From: Candidatus Zhuqueibacterota bacterium | GTDB lineage: Bacteria; Zhuqueibacterota; Zhuqueibacteria; Oceanimicrobiales; Oceanimicrobiaceae | Direction of reading: 5' to 3' | Assembly (NCBI GenBank): GCA_029262035.1 | Contig: JAJDAE010000296.1 | Span: 182 to 64,181, forward strand | DNA length: 64,000 bases | Shown here: piece by piece, positions 31,183-40,970 of the stretch | Layout: every line of letters starts with the position of its first letter | Position numbering within the stretch: the first letter of the stretch is position 1 | Program-made: the position numbers and the translations under genes | The notes under the pieces: model-generated | Database searches by the model: none | Told to the model about the DNA's origin: nothing | What the model saw: only the letters and a program-made list of their open reading frames with translations

Positions 31183-32235
31183 ATGAAAAATTACCTCTCG
31201 ATAATACTATTTACCGGAATTATTCTTATTACTGCTTGTGGCGGAGAAAAAATTCCCTTGCCTCAGCAACCAGAAGATGATGGCACAAGTGCAGTAAACG
31301 ACACAGTATATCTACAATTAAACCCTGTGTGGGACAATGCCAACGGCTACGACTTCATCGAACCATCCGATATACTGGTAGGTCGGGAGCCTCTCCTGTA
31401 TATCGCGGATACCGGCAATGATCGCATTCTAATGCTGGATCTCGCTGGAAATATCCTAGGCGCTTCACAATCTATCGAAAACCCGGTCGCTCTCACTCAA
31501 GACTCAAAACTAAACCTTTTGGCCGTGACAAATAGTAATAAAATTTACAGAATTGATCTTGTCTCAAAACAGCACGACATTGCGAACATACCGGTTGAAC
31601 TGGTTTTTGAAGAAATAGACAATCCGGATCGCCGTTACACAGGTATTTCTTCAATCTTAGGGGCATTGGGAGGGCAGGTTGTTATTGGCTACTATGTCAC
31701 AGCATCAGGCGACCAAAAACGGGATAACCAGGTACTTCTGTTCCCGGAAGACTTTGATGTTAATGTTCCGGATGCAATAAGCCTTGAACCGGAAGGTCTC
31801 GGCATTCAATCTGCTTCAGACCCTAGCGGTATTACGACATTACGTGATTTTAATATTGATTTCATATTTTGTATGGTTGGCCAAAATTCATTTAAAGTGC
31901 AGTGGATAACTGCCGGCGAGTTTGGCTTTATCCCTCGTCTGAACCCTGCCAATGGGAGCTTTGACCTTTTCGAACCAGGTAAATTTACATCTCCCGAAGA
32001 CGTCGCTGTCGACGAGGAAGGTTCTATCTACGTGGTGGATGCTCAGAATGATTTTTTATATAAATTTTCTGTATCCGGCGAAGAATTGCAGTCGTTTGGC
32101 GGTTCGGGTGACGGTGAAAAGGAATTTAATCAACCAAAAGGGGTTGCAGTTTTTAACCAGACTCTTTATGTCGCTGATAGCGGAAACAACCGTATTGTTC
32201 GTTTCAAATTATCAACAGATGTATCAGAAAATTAG
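31183..32235 (+). CDS. NHL-repeat beta-propeller lipoprotein
   Basis: Lipobox ITAC; LYIADTGNDRI, PEDVAVD, LYVADSGNNRI. Confidence 0.8.
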   Translation: MKNYLSIILFTGIILITACGGEKIPLPQQPEDDGTSAVNDTVYLQLNPVWDNANGYDFIEPSDILVGREPLLYIADTGNDRILMLDLAGNILGASQSIENPVALTQDSKLNLLAVTNSNKIYRIDLVSKQHDIANIPVELVFEEIDNPDRRYTGISSILGALGGQVVIGYYVTASGDQKRDNQVLLFPEDFDVNVPDAISLEPEGLGIQSASDPSGITTLRDFNIDFIFCMVGQNSFKVQWITAGEFGFIPRLNPANGSFDLFEPGKFTSPEDVAVDEEGSIYVVDAQNDFLYKFSVSGEELQSFGGSGDGEKEFNQPKGVAVFNQTLYVADSGNNRIVRFKLSTDVSEN

Positions 32236-32249
32236 AAGGAAAGTACTTC

Positions 32250-33986
32250 TTACTTCATCAGCAAAATTTTCTCAGTTTGAATAGTACCGCCGGCAGCCAA
32301 CTTGACAAAATAAACACCGCTAACCAACTGAGCCGCATCAAAAACTAAACTGTAGTCCCCCATTTCCCTGAAGTCATCCAACAGAATCCCCACTTCGCGG
32401 CCAAGTACATCGAATATTCTTATCGTAACATGACTGCCATGTACCACTGAATATCGAATCGTCGTAGAGGGATTGAAAGGATTGGGGTACGCAGGATAAA
32501 GAAAAAATTGTCGCGGTGTTTCAACCACGAAATCACCTTCAACACTAACCGGCCTTACTCCTGCAATATCTATTATCCTTGGTAAATGGTCAGAGGCATT
32601 ATTTGTATCCTGAGCCAACAGCCCGGCTGTACTCAACTCGTCGGCTGACATGGCCAATGTGTTCAAAACATAATGATTTCCAAGCTCAAGGATGCTGTCA
32701 GTAAACAGAAAATAATCCAGTTTACCCGGGCTGAAGGCACTGTTGTCATTACGCCAGGTGTATCCCATTCTGGCAGAAGTCTGTCTTGAAAATAGATCGG
32801 TCAGCGACGAGCCATCCCAATCCGGCGCAAAATCCTCACCATTATTGCTCTCATCACTTATATCGCCGTGCGTAAGGGTTCGTATCTGTAGTGAAGACCC
32901 TACAAGATTAAAATCTCCCAGATGAACCATCGGTGTATTTTCCGGAAGTTGAAATGGACCGCTTCCATCTCGCCACTCACGCAAGCGCATAATGATTTCA
33001 TCAGCATCTCGCTGCCGTGAAACATCATTGGCGCAGCAGCTCAAATGTGAATTCATCACCAGCAAATTTACACCCAATTCATCCGCCGTATTAAGCAACA
33101 CCACCATGGTACGCCCTGAGTTCGTCAATATTGCGGAATTAAGAATCGGGAAACGGGATACAACCATGTTGCCGTTTCCGAGCATGAGCGAATGAAAGTT
33201 TGAAGGTTGTAGCCACTTGCTCATCAATATTTCCACATCAGGTGCATCTCGCTGTTCCTGAAAAGCCATTATGTCTGGGCTCAGTGCTTTTATTATCCGT
33301 TCAAAAGCAGGCTGCCGATTGGCATTGCTAAGTCCACTGCCAAGGGTATTATAAGATAAAATACGCAAATGCTCAGGTCGCGATCTCGCTAAAGGAATTG
33401 CATCAGGTGGCTCAACCGGGGTTGTATCAATAATGTACTGAGCTCCACCAATATTGTCAGGCAAATAGTCGGCTTCATCTGAAGTAGCAAGCACTATAGC
33501 CAGGGTATCGGCGATTTGTGTGTTGTTAAGCGTAAGTGCCTGGCTAAAAAGACCAACTGCTATTTCAAAATCACGCGAAGTAATTGTTGGTGCACTGCGT
33601 AAGGTTAAATCATTTTGCCTGATTGCAACTGGCACCTGGTTTTGCCAGATAGAACCACTTCTACATCCAAAACACCATTCGATATCAGCGCCGATTCCAC
33701 GAAAGCTTCGACCAGTATTGCTATTATTGTCGACATCAATATAAAGCCTGATTCCATTAAAATCTTGCAATAGCTGCTCACTGCCATTAAATCCAAACTT
33801 CAAAAACAAAAAATCATTATCATTTGTAATTTTCAATCCGGAGAAATCTTCATCAAACCCATCCCCATCCGGGTCATCAAACTCAATTCCAATATTTTCC
33901 CAATCTTGAAAAAGACCATCAATGGTAATAGGATCACCTGCATAGGCTTCAACAAAAAAACAAAAAATGATAATAAATATGAACAT
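32250..33986 (-). CDS. Secreted endonuclease/exonuclease/phosphatase (EEP) family protein with T9SS-like CTD
   Basis: SYN, FQE, SHL, GDFN, LDY, SDH motifs; AYPNPFNP CTD. Confidence 0.88.
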   Translation of the reverse strand: MFIFIIIFCFFVEAYAGDPITIDGLFQDWENIGIEFDDPDGDGFDEDFSGLKITNDNDFLFLKFGFNGSEQLLQDFNGIRLYIDVDNNSNTGRSFRGIGADIEWCFGCRSGSIWQNQVPVAIRQNDLTLRSAPTITSRDFEIAVGLFSQALTLNNTQIADTLAIVLATSDEADYLPDNIGGAQYIIDTTPVEPPDAIPLARSRPEHLRILSYNTLGSGLSNANRQPAFERIIKALSPDIMAFQEQRDAPDVEILMSKWLQPSNFHSLMLGNGNMVVSRFPILNSAILTNSGRTMVVLLNTADELGVNLLVMNSHLSCCANDVSRQRDADEIIMRLREWRDGSGPFQLPENTPMVHLGDFNLVGSSLQIRTLTHGDISDESNNGEDFAPDWDGSSLTDLFSRQTSARMGYTWRNDNSAFSPGKLDYFLFTDSILELGNHYVLNTLAMSADELSTAGLLAQDTNNASDHLPRIIDIAGVRPVSVEGDFVVETPRQFFLYPAYPNPFNPSTTIRYSVVHGSHVTIRIFDVLGREVGILLDDFREMGDYSLVFDAAQLVSGVYFVKLAAGGTIQTEKILLMK

Positions 33987-33996
33987 TGCGATTATC

Positions 33997-35268
33997 CTAT
34001 TTTAGCAGAAGCAATTTTTTTGATATGCTCTTCCCTCCCGCACTCAATGTATATACATAAATGCCGCTGCCTAATTCCTTGCCGTCAAAAATAACTTGAT
34101 ATTCTCCGGAGTTCTTATGTTCATCTGCCAATCTCGCTACTTCCTGCCCCAACAAATTAAAAACAGTCAGAGTTACAAAAGATGATTTGGTAAGCGAATA
34201 TTTTATTATTGTTGCGGGATTAAATGGGTTGGGAAAATTCTGTTGCAAACTAAATGATACAGGCTCTTGACTTCCTTCATTCACAGAAGTCGGGAATCCA
34301 AAGGCAAAATCGGAAACTACCGGCAGATGATCTGATGCCTTGTGAAGGGCATCTGCAACGCTGTCCGGAACAGAAAAGTTCGTTCCGGCATTGATAGCAA
34401 GGTTGAAGTGATCACTATCATTGCCAAACGCTTTATATGTTGCAGGCAGGATATCGATGCCACCACCACTTCTCATCGCATCTGAAACCAATATTATGTC
34501 AAAGCGATCATCCAACCCGCCGGTGGCACCGCCGCCAAAAGAGGTCGTTCTGGTAGATTGCGTATGAATAGAAATAAAAAAATTATTATTGTTCCAATTC
34601 CCGGCTTGGTTTATGGGATCAAACAACCGACCGTCGTTATCAGCCTGGTTTTCAGTTAATTTTATAAAAGCCGCTTCAGATGCAGATCTCATGTTGTAAT
34701 CGCCAACGAGCATAAAGTTTGAGTTAGAGGGCAACCCATTTAAATGGTTCCGAAGAAAAGTAGCCTGGTTTAACCTCTGTTGCTGATCTGAAGCCGACGA
34801 CCCGGCTTTCAAATGTGTAGAATAAATTGTGAACTCATGGCCAAATGCAAATAGCACATATTCCATTATATCACGAACGCCACTTCGGAGATTATTGGGA
34901 AAGGCCAGTAAAGTTACTTTGTCCTGATTATAAAAAAGCCCGCTATCCGTGTCTGGACCATCAAAAAAAGGCGCTGCCTGGTAAACAGCTTGTTTATGAT
35001 TCATGACCTGATTTAAAAGTGTCGAGACAGCTGCCTGACTTTCGATTTCCTGGACTACAAGAATATCCGGAGCCACAGCTTCGATGACTTTCCTCAAATC
35101 CCCAATCCGAGTTGCACCGTCTGCACTTGGAAATTTGAGTATATTATAGCTGGCGATCCGCAAGCTATCAACTTGGGCTTGAGTTTTGTGTACTGGAAAC
35201 AATACCAGACAGAACATTAGTAAGATAAGTTTAACCTGACATCCGTTATATTTAGAAAAAAAACTCAT
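33997..35268 (-). CDS. Secreted DNase I-like EEP nuclease with T9SS-like CTD
   Basis: SYNI, VQEI, THLKA, GDYN, RFD, SDH motifs; NFPNPFNP CTD; start uncertain. Confidence 0.88.
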   Translation of the reverse strand: MSFFSKYNGCQVKLILLMFCLVLFPVHKTQAQVDSLRIASYNILKFPSADGATRIGDLRKVIEAVAPDILVVQEIESQAAVSTLLNQVMNHKQAVYQAAPFFDGPDTDSGLFYNQDKVTLLAFPNNLRSGVRDIMEYVLFAFGHEFTIYSTHLKAGSSASDQQQRLNQATFLRNHLNGLPSNSNFMLVGDYNMRSASEAAFIKLTENQADNDGRLFDPINQAGNWNNNNFFISIHTQSTRTTSFGGGATGGLDDRFDIILVSDAMRSGGGIDILPATYKAFGNDSDHFNLAINAGTNFSVPDSVADALHKASDHLPVVSDFAFGFPTSVNEGSQEPVSFSLQQNFPNPFNPATIIKYSLTKSSFVTLTVFNLLGQEVARLADEHKNSGEYQVIFDGKELGSGIYVYTLSAGGKSISKKLLLLK

Positions 35269-35519
35269 TGTTATCCTTTGTTTTATGTGAATTACCAATA
35301 TAATTTAAGATCTGTTTCAAAAATTCGATATTTGGAATTACTCAAGCTTAAACTAATTACATTATATAAATTTCGCAAGGACTAATACTCAGATAACCGT
35401 GTTTTTCCCTTGACTTTTTTTGTTAATATCCGTTAATTTTAACCTCGATTAGGAGGGGTAAATCCTACCCGCAACAAAGTCCGAATTTTCTATTTCATAA
35501 ACGTTTATTTAAGGGAGGA

Positions 35520-37490
35520 ATGATGAGTTCTGATTTCAAGCCGTATGTTGGTGCAGAGACGGATCTAAAAGAATTTACATTTAAAGCGGTATTTCTTGGC
35601 GTAATAATGGCTGTAGTTTTGGGCGCTGCCAATGCCTACCTGGGCATGAAAGCCGGCCTGACCGTAGCCGCCACATTTCCGGCCGCCGTTGTGGCCATGG
35701 CAGCTTTAAAAGCATTTAAAGGCACAATACTTGAAGAAAATGTTGCCAGAACAACGGCCTCCGTTGGAGAGGCTTTAGTCGCTGGTGCAATTTTCACAAT
35801 TCCTGCCTTTGTAATTAGTGGCGTTTGGGATTCTTTGTGGACTGTTGAACATTTAATTGAAGGTTCGCTAATCATGCTCATCGGGGGTTTGCTTGGCGTT
35901 ATGTTCATTATTCTGCTTCGAAGAACCATGGTTGAGGAAGCTGATTTACCATTCCCGGAAAGTATTGCGGCTGCTGAAATCGTAAAAGCAGGCCAAGGCG
36001 GCGCCAGTGGCGCGAGTTATGTGTTTGGCGCTATGGGAATTGCCGGCCTCATCGAATTCTTTAAAAATAATAATGGCCTTCATCTAATCCAAGACACTGT
36101 TTCTAAGTTTTTCGGTTTTGCTGAATCCAAGATTCAATTTCTCGGCTCAACCAAACTTTTTAACGGTGGCCTTAAACTGGAAACACCCGCAGCATCACCG
36201 GCATTGGTTGGTGTTGGCTACATCGTCGGGTATGAAATCTCAGCCATCTTATTTGCAGGCTCAATTTTGGGGCATCTGTTATTAGTCCCATTAGCGCTTT
36301 TCCTAAGCCCAACATTGCAAGAATTCGCAGCCCAGGGACAAAACTGGGTAGCCATAAGTGATGAGGTCTGGTTTCGCCAAATCCGCCCTCTTGCAGTGGG
36401 AACGATGATTGTGGCAGCATTTTACACGCTTTACAATTTGAGAACATCCCTTATTCAAGGCCTTACGAAGGCTTTTAAAGACTTGCAAAATATTAAGAAC
36501 CAGTCTGGCACCCTCAGTAGACTTCAAATCGACTTAGACTTCAAAAAAATAATCACAGTCATTGGTATTTTGGCCATTCCACAATATCTTCTCTACCATT
36601 ACTTCAGTGGTTCTCTATTGGGTTCGCTTATACTCACCGTTGTACTGTTGGTAGTCGGATTCCTTTTTTCAGCCGTTGCCGGGTATCTTGTCGGGCTCAT
36701 CGGCAGTTCAAACAACCCAATTAGCGGGTTAACTCTAAGTACCTTGCTCATTTCAGCCGTTCTGATGGTTGCAATTGGCGTAACAGGCCCTAAAGGTGTT
36801 GCGGCTGTTCTCGCGGTTGCAGGCGTTGTATGTTGTGCTGCGGGTATTGCAGGCGATATGACTCAGGATTTAAAAGTCGGCCACATTTTAGGCGGTACGC
36901 CTTGGAAAATGGAGCTAGGCGAAATCATAGGTGTGATTATCGCTGCTATTCTGCTTATGCCTTTTATCGCTGTCATGGATAAAGTTTATGTTATCGGCAG
37001 TGCTGCTTTACCTGCGCCTCAAGCAGGCTTAATGGCATTAATGGCCAAGGGAATTGTAGGCGGAGAAATGGCATGGCCACTGGTCATTGTTGGTGTCTTT
37101 TTTGCAATTGGATTAATCCTAATCAAAGCGCCATCTCCAATGTTGATTGCTGTTGGCATGTATTTACCTTTTAGTTCTACAGCTGCTATTTTTGTAGGTG
37201 GACTTGCCAAGTGGTTGCTGGACAAACAAGCCGCCAAAAACAATTATTCTGATGAAAAGAAAACCAAAGCCGAAAGTACCGGGATTTTATTAGCGTCTGG
37301 CCTAATCGCCGGGGAATCTTTGATGGCAGTTATTTTAGCATTCGTTGTTCTGGGTGTTAGTGTCTCTGGCAGTTCGTTTACATTAGCAAGCCTGTCACCG
37401 GGAGCTACGCCATGGCTTGGTCTTGTTGTGTTTGCTGTACTTTTCTACACCCTAATCAAATTACCAATGAAAAGCTCAGAAAAGAAATAA
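35520..37490 (+). CDS. OPT-family oligopeptide transporter
   Basis: AYLGMKAG, ILEEN, FPES, NPISG, QDLKVG, APQA. Confidence 0.93.
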   Translation: MMSSDFKPYVGAETDLKEFTFKAVFLGVIMAVVLGAANAYLGMKAGLTVAATFPAAVVAMAALKAFKGTILEENVARTTASVGEALVAGAIFTIPAFVISGVWDSLWTVEHLIEGSLIMLIGGLLGVMFIILLRRTMVEEADLPFPESIAAAEIVKAGQGGASGASYVFGAMGIAGLIEFFKNNNGLHLIQDTVSKFFGFAESKIQFLGSTKLFNGGLKLETPAASPALVGVGYIVGYEISAILFAGSILGHLLLVPLALFLSPTLQEFAAQGQNWVAISDEVWFRQIRPLAVGTMIVAAFYTLYNLRTSLIQGLTKAFKDLQNIKNQSGTLSRLQIDLDFKKIITVIGILAIPQYLLYHYFSGSLLGSLILTVVLLVVGFLFSAVAGYLVGLIGSSNNPISGLTLSTLLISAVLMVAIGVTGPKGVAAVLAVAGVVCCAAGIAGDMTQDLKVGHILGGTPWKMELGEIIGVIIAAILLMPFIAVMDKVYVIGSAALPAPQAGLMALMAKGIVGGEMAWPLVIVGVFFAIGLILIKAPSPMLIAVGMYLPFSSTAAIFVGGLAKWLLDKQAAKNNYSDEKKTKAESTGILLASGLIAGESLMAVILAFVVLGVSVSGSSFTLASLSPGATPWLGLVVFAVLFYTLIKLPMKSSEKK

Positions 37491-37491
37491 G

Positions 37492-37830
37492 ATGTCAAAA
37501 GAGCAAATATCAGAAGCATTTCTTGCAGCAGCACCCAAAAGAAATCGAGAATGGCAGGAATCAGGTGACCTCGCGGTTATCCTGATTCCAAAATTCGGAA
37601 ATCATTTTTTTGGTAAATGGCTGATAACCAAAATGAAAAGCCCGAACTTCCGACTTAAGTTAGATGAAGTCGGTTCCTTCGTTTGGAAGCACTGTGACGG
37701 CTCAACAACGGTAAAAGATATCGGCCAGGGGTTGGCCGCTGAATTCGGCGAAAAGGTCGATCCGGTTTATGACCGCTTAAATTTATTTTTTGCGAGTCTG
37801 AACAAAAACAAATCCATAACCTGGGTGTAA
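37492..37830 (+). CDS. Standalone PqqD-family (RRE-like) protein
   Basis: LDEVGSFVWKHCDGSTTVKDI motif. Confidence 0.82.
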   Translation: MSKEQISEAFLAAAPKRNREWQESGDLAVILIPKFGNHFFGKWLITKMKSPNFRLKLDEVGSFVWKHCDGSTTVKDIGQGLAAEFGEKVDPVYDRLNLFFASLNKNKSITWV

Positions 37831-37836
37831 TTAACT

Positions 37837-39084
37837 TTGGATATAGATAAAACCATATTAAAAAACCTGTGCAATCGCATAGATACCTACGGAGAGGAAG
37901 CCATAAAAATTGAAAAGGCTTTGACAGCTATTCAAGCGCTTTCTCCTGAAAATGGTGGTGTTGGCGAAAGCGAAAAAGCTGAATTCATCCAAAAATATTT
38001 AACTGAAGAGTTAGGTTGTAAAACCATTGAACATTACAATGCCCCGGACGACCGTGTACCGTCCGGGGTAAGGCCAAATATTGCAGCTCGTTTAAAAGGC
38101 AAAAATGTCGAAAAAACAATCTGGATAATGTCGCACATGGATGTTGTACCTCCCGGTGATTTATCAAAATGGACAAACGATCCCTGGACCATACGTGTTG
38201 AGGATGGTAAGATTTTCGGACGCGGAACCGAAGACAATCAGCAAGGCATTGTATCTTCCCTCCTAACGGCGAAGGCATTTGTTGAAGAAAACCATCTTCC
38301 GGAATACGACCTTGGTTTGCTTTTCGTGTCCGATGAAGAAACAGGAAATGGGTACGGCATTGAATACATTTTAAAAAATCACAGCGATTTATTTACAAAC
38401 GAAGATTTTATTATTATACCCGATTCAGGCAATGAGGCCGGTACAATCGTAGAAGTCGCAGAAAAAGGCATTCTATGGATCAGGTTCGAAGTGATTGGGA
38501 AACAAACACATGGTTCAACACCTGAGTTAGGTATTAATGCAGCCAGAGCAAGTGCACATTTAGTAACCTCCCTCGACCAATTATACGACAAGTTTAATGT
38601 GAACGACCCGGTTTTTGATCCACCCATCAGCACATTTGAACCCACCCAAAAAGAAGCCAATGTTCCAAATGTAAATACTATTCCCGGACAGGATATTTTT
38701 TACTACGATTGCAGAATTCTTCCGAGCTATGACCTGAGCGAAGTTAAAAGCTTTGTACAACAAGTCACCCGGGAAATTGAAACCAAGCAAAAAGTTGAAA
38801 TTAAAATTTCGTACCCGCAGGAGTTTGCTGCAGCCCCTCCGACCCCGACGGATGCACCGGTTGTAATTTCTCTACTCAAAGCAATTTCAGAAATTAAAAA
38901 TGTAAAGCCGAAAGCAATGGGAATCGGCGGTGGCACAGTAGCAGCTTTCTTTCGTGAGGCTAACTTTAATGCAGTTGTTTGGGCCACTCAAGACGAAACA
39001 TTACATGGTCCTGACGAATACGTAAAAATAGATAACATCTTAGACGACGCAAAAGTTTTTGCACATGTAGCTTTACAAAAATAG
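37837..39084 (+). CDS. M20 metallohydrolase (DapE/ArgE-like)
   Basis: SHMDVV, GRGTEDN, DEE, HGS, C-terminal HGPDE. Confidence 0.9.
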   Translation: MDIDKTILKNLCNRIDTYGEEAIKIEKALTAIQALSPENGGVGESEKAEFIQKYLTEELGCKTIEHYNAPDDRVPSGVRPNIAARLKGKNVEKTIWIMSHMDVVPPGDLSKWTNDPWTIRVEDGKIFGRGTEDNQQGIVSSLLTAKAFVEENHLPEYDLGLLFVSDEETGNGYGIEYILKNHSDLFTNEDFIIIPDSGNEAGTIVEVAEKGILWIRFEVIGKQTHGSTPELGINAARASAHLVTSLDQLYDKFNVNDPVFDPPISTFEPTQKEANVPNVNTIPGQDIFYYDCRILPSYDLSEVKSFVQQVTREIETKQKVEIKISYPQEFAAAPPTPTDAPVVISLLKAISEIKNVKPKAMGIGGGTVAAFFREANFNAVVWATQDETLHGPDEYVKIDNILDDAKVFAHVALQK

Positions 39085-39158
39085 CTCGCCTAAGCTCTCT
39101 TATTAAGTCAATTATTTAGTTTTCAGACAATTCAAAAACTCATTTATTTGTTCATCGA

Positions 39159-40115
39159 ATGGACATAATCAAAAAAACTATTTCAGTCTTATTGAGAGAC
39201 TACCTAAAAGTTCAAGCTGATGAGGCTATCACTTTTTTAGGGCATGAAAAACATTCCGAACTTCTTGAAGTTGCATGGAAGGCCGGGAAAAGACTAACAA
39301 AAAACGTTCTCTGCGTCAAATACTCCGAAGCAAATTTAACTGCCACACAAAACGGATTTATTAGAAGTATTTGTGAACCTCTTCTTACTTCTAAAACTTC
39401 GATTTTCTTTGCAAATGACTCTCTCGATGAAACACATTTTTCTGATGCACTTTTGCAAAACTCCAGAATTATAATTATTCAAAATATACCTGCTTTGTTA
39501 AAAGGTAATTTTTTGATATCGGACTCAAAAAGAATTGTTCGAAAAAGCAGGAAGTTAGCTGACCTTTTTACAATCGGGAAAACGTTCAGCCTCTCTTCTC
39601 CATCAGGGACTGACATTCAGATCGATATTTCAAAATCAAATGGAGTTGCACATACTGGAATTCCCGGAGAGCCTTCACAAATTGTATTGCTCCCATCCGG
39701 AGCAGCCAGCATCAATTTAACAAAAAGCAGTCTTAATGGAAAAATTATTCTCGACCGGATTGCCGGGATAAGTAAAAAACTGAATACACCAATTACTTTA
39801 TATGTAAACAACAATCAAATCTCTCAAATCAAAGGCGCTACAGAAGCTGAAGCACTCAGAAAAAGCCTAAGAAAATTCGGTAAGGACGGTCGCACTATAA
39901 CTCAAATGGGTGTAGGAACAAACGATTTCATTAAGCTTGGGTATTCAGATTCTGAGGATGAAAAACATGCCGGTTCCGTTTATTTTATTCTGGGAGAAAA
40001 TCAAGTCACCAAAATACATGGGAAAATGCTCAAAGCCGTTAAAGGCCTGCTTTTAAAACCAACACTTTCCGTGGATGGAAAGTTACTGGTTAAGGACGGA
40101 AAAATTCTTGTTTAA
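39159..40115 (+). CDS. M29 / aminopeptidase-T-like protein, apparently degenerate
   Basis: SPSGTD, LPSG, GVGTN, EDEK, PTLSVDG..KDGK framework with metal ligands replaced. Confidence 0.65.
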   Translation: MDIIKKTISVLLRDYLKVQADEAITFLGHEKHSELLEVAWKAGKRLTKNVLCVKYSEANLTATQNGFIRSICEPLLTSKTSIFFANDSLDETHFSDALLQNSRIIIIQNIPALLKGNFLISDSKRIVRKSRKLADLFTIGKTFSLSSPSGTDIQIDISKSNGVAHTGIPGEPSQIVLLPSGAASINLTKSSLNGKIILDRIAGISKKLNTPITLYVNNNQISQIKGATEAEALRKSLRKFGKDGRTITQMGVGTNDFIKLGYSDSEDEKHAGSVYFILGENQVTKIHGKMLKAVKGLLLKPTLSVDGKLLVKDGKILV

Positions 40116-40118
40116 AAC

Positions 40119-40943
40119 TTAAATAACAAAAATTTTCAAATAGAGAAAAACGGCAGGAGCCGCCAAAATTTCACTATCAAATCTATCTAAAATACCTCCA
40201 TGCCCCGGTATAAGATTAGATGAATCTTTGATGCCGGCATCCCGCTTAAAAAGAGATTCCACCAAGTCACTTAATTGACCAAAACTCCCACATAGGGCGC
40301 CAATAACCAACAAATCAACCAAGTTAAATTCATCCAGAAAAGTTAGATGGCATAAGTAAGCTGTCAATATTGCAGTCAAAAAGCCGGTGAGGGTTCCTTC
40401 AACTGTTTTGTTCGGACTTACACGAGGGAAGAGTTTATGCTTGCCAATTTTTGAGCCACCAATATAGGCCATTGAATCACAAAACCAAATAGACAGAAAA
40501 AAGAAAATAATGAGTTTTCCGGAAGCAAGATACGATGCCTGAACCCACAACGTCTCCCGGATTAAAACAAGCGATCCTATGGGCACTGCAACATAAAATA
40601 CTCCCATAAACGTGGCGCCAATATTTAAAACAGAGTTAGGCTGATTTCGAAATAGCTCTATTGTTGTTATCAACAAAAATGAATAAATAAAGAACACTCC
40701 TAAAAAATTTATCTCACCCAGGAAAAATAAACCCAGGACAACAGCACCTAATACAATTCCTAAAACCTTTTGGGGATGGGCTTCTTTATGATCTGCAATA
40801 GCATAAAACTCCTTCATCCCAAGCACAACAATGATGGCAATGATGGCAAGAAAAAACAAATTACCAAACCAAATACTCAGCAGGATTAAAGGACCAAAAA
40901 TAAAAGCAACAAGTGCACGGGTTTTAAAGGTATCTAATGCCAC
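40119..40943 (-). CDS. cdsA: Phosphatidate cytidylyltransferase
   Basis: SPNKTVEG, KRDAGIKDS..IPGHGGILDRFDS. Confidence 0.96.
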   Translation of the reverse strand: MALDTFKTRALVAFIFGPLILLSIWFGNLFFLAIIAIIVVLGMKEFYAIADHKEAHPQKVLGIVLGAVVLGLFFLGEINFLGVFFIYSFLLITTIELFRNQPNSVLNIGATFMGVFYVAVPIGSLVLIRETLWVQASYLASGKLIIFFFLSIWFCDSMAYIGGSKIGKHKLFPRVSPNKTVEGTLTGFLTAILTAYLCHLTFLDEFNLVDLLVIGALCGSFGQLSDLVESLFKRDAGIKDSSNLIPGHGGILDRFDSEILAAPAVFLYLKIFVI

Positions 40944-40970
40944 AGTTTCCTCCCTCCTATTTCTAAGAAA

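Noticed and set aside
37492..37830. PqqD as a sign of a PQQ or RiPP biosynthetic cluster
   Set aside because: No precursor peptide, radical SAM enzyme or other maturase nearby
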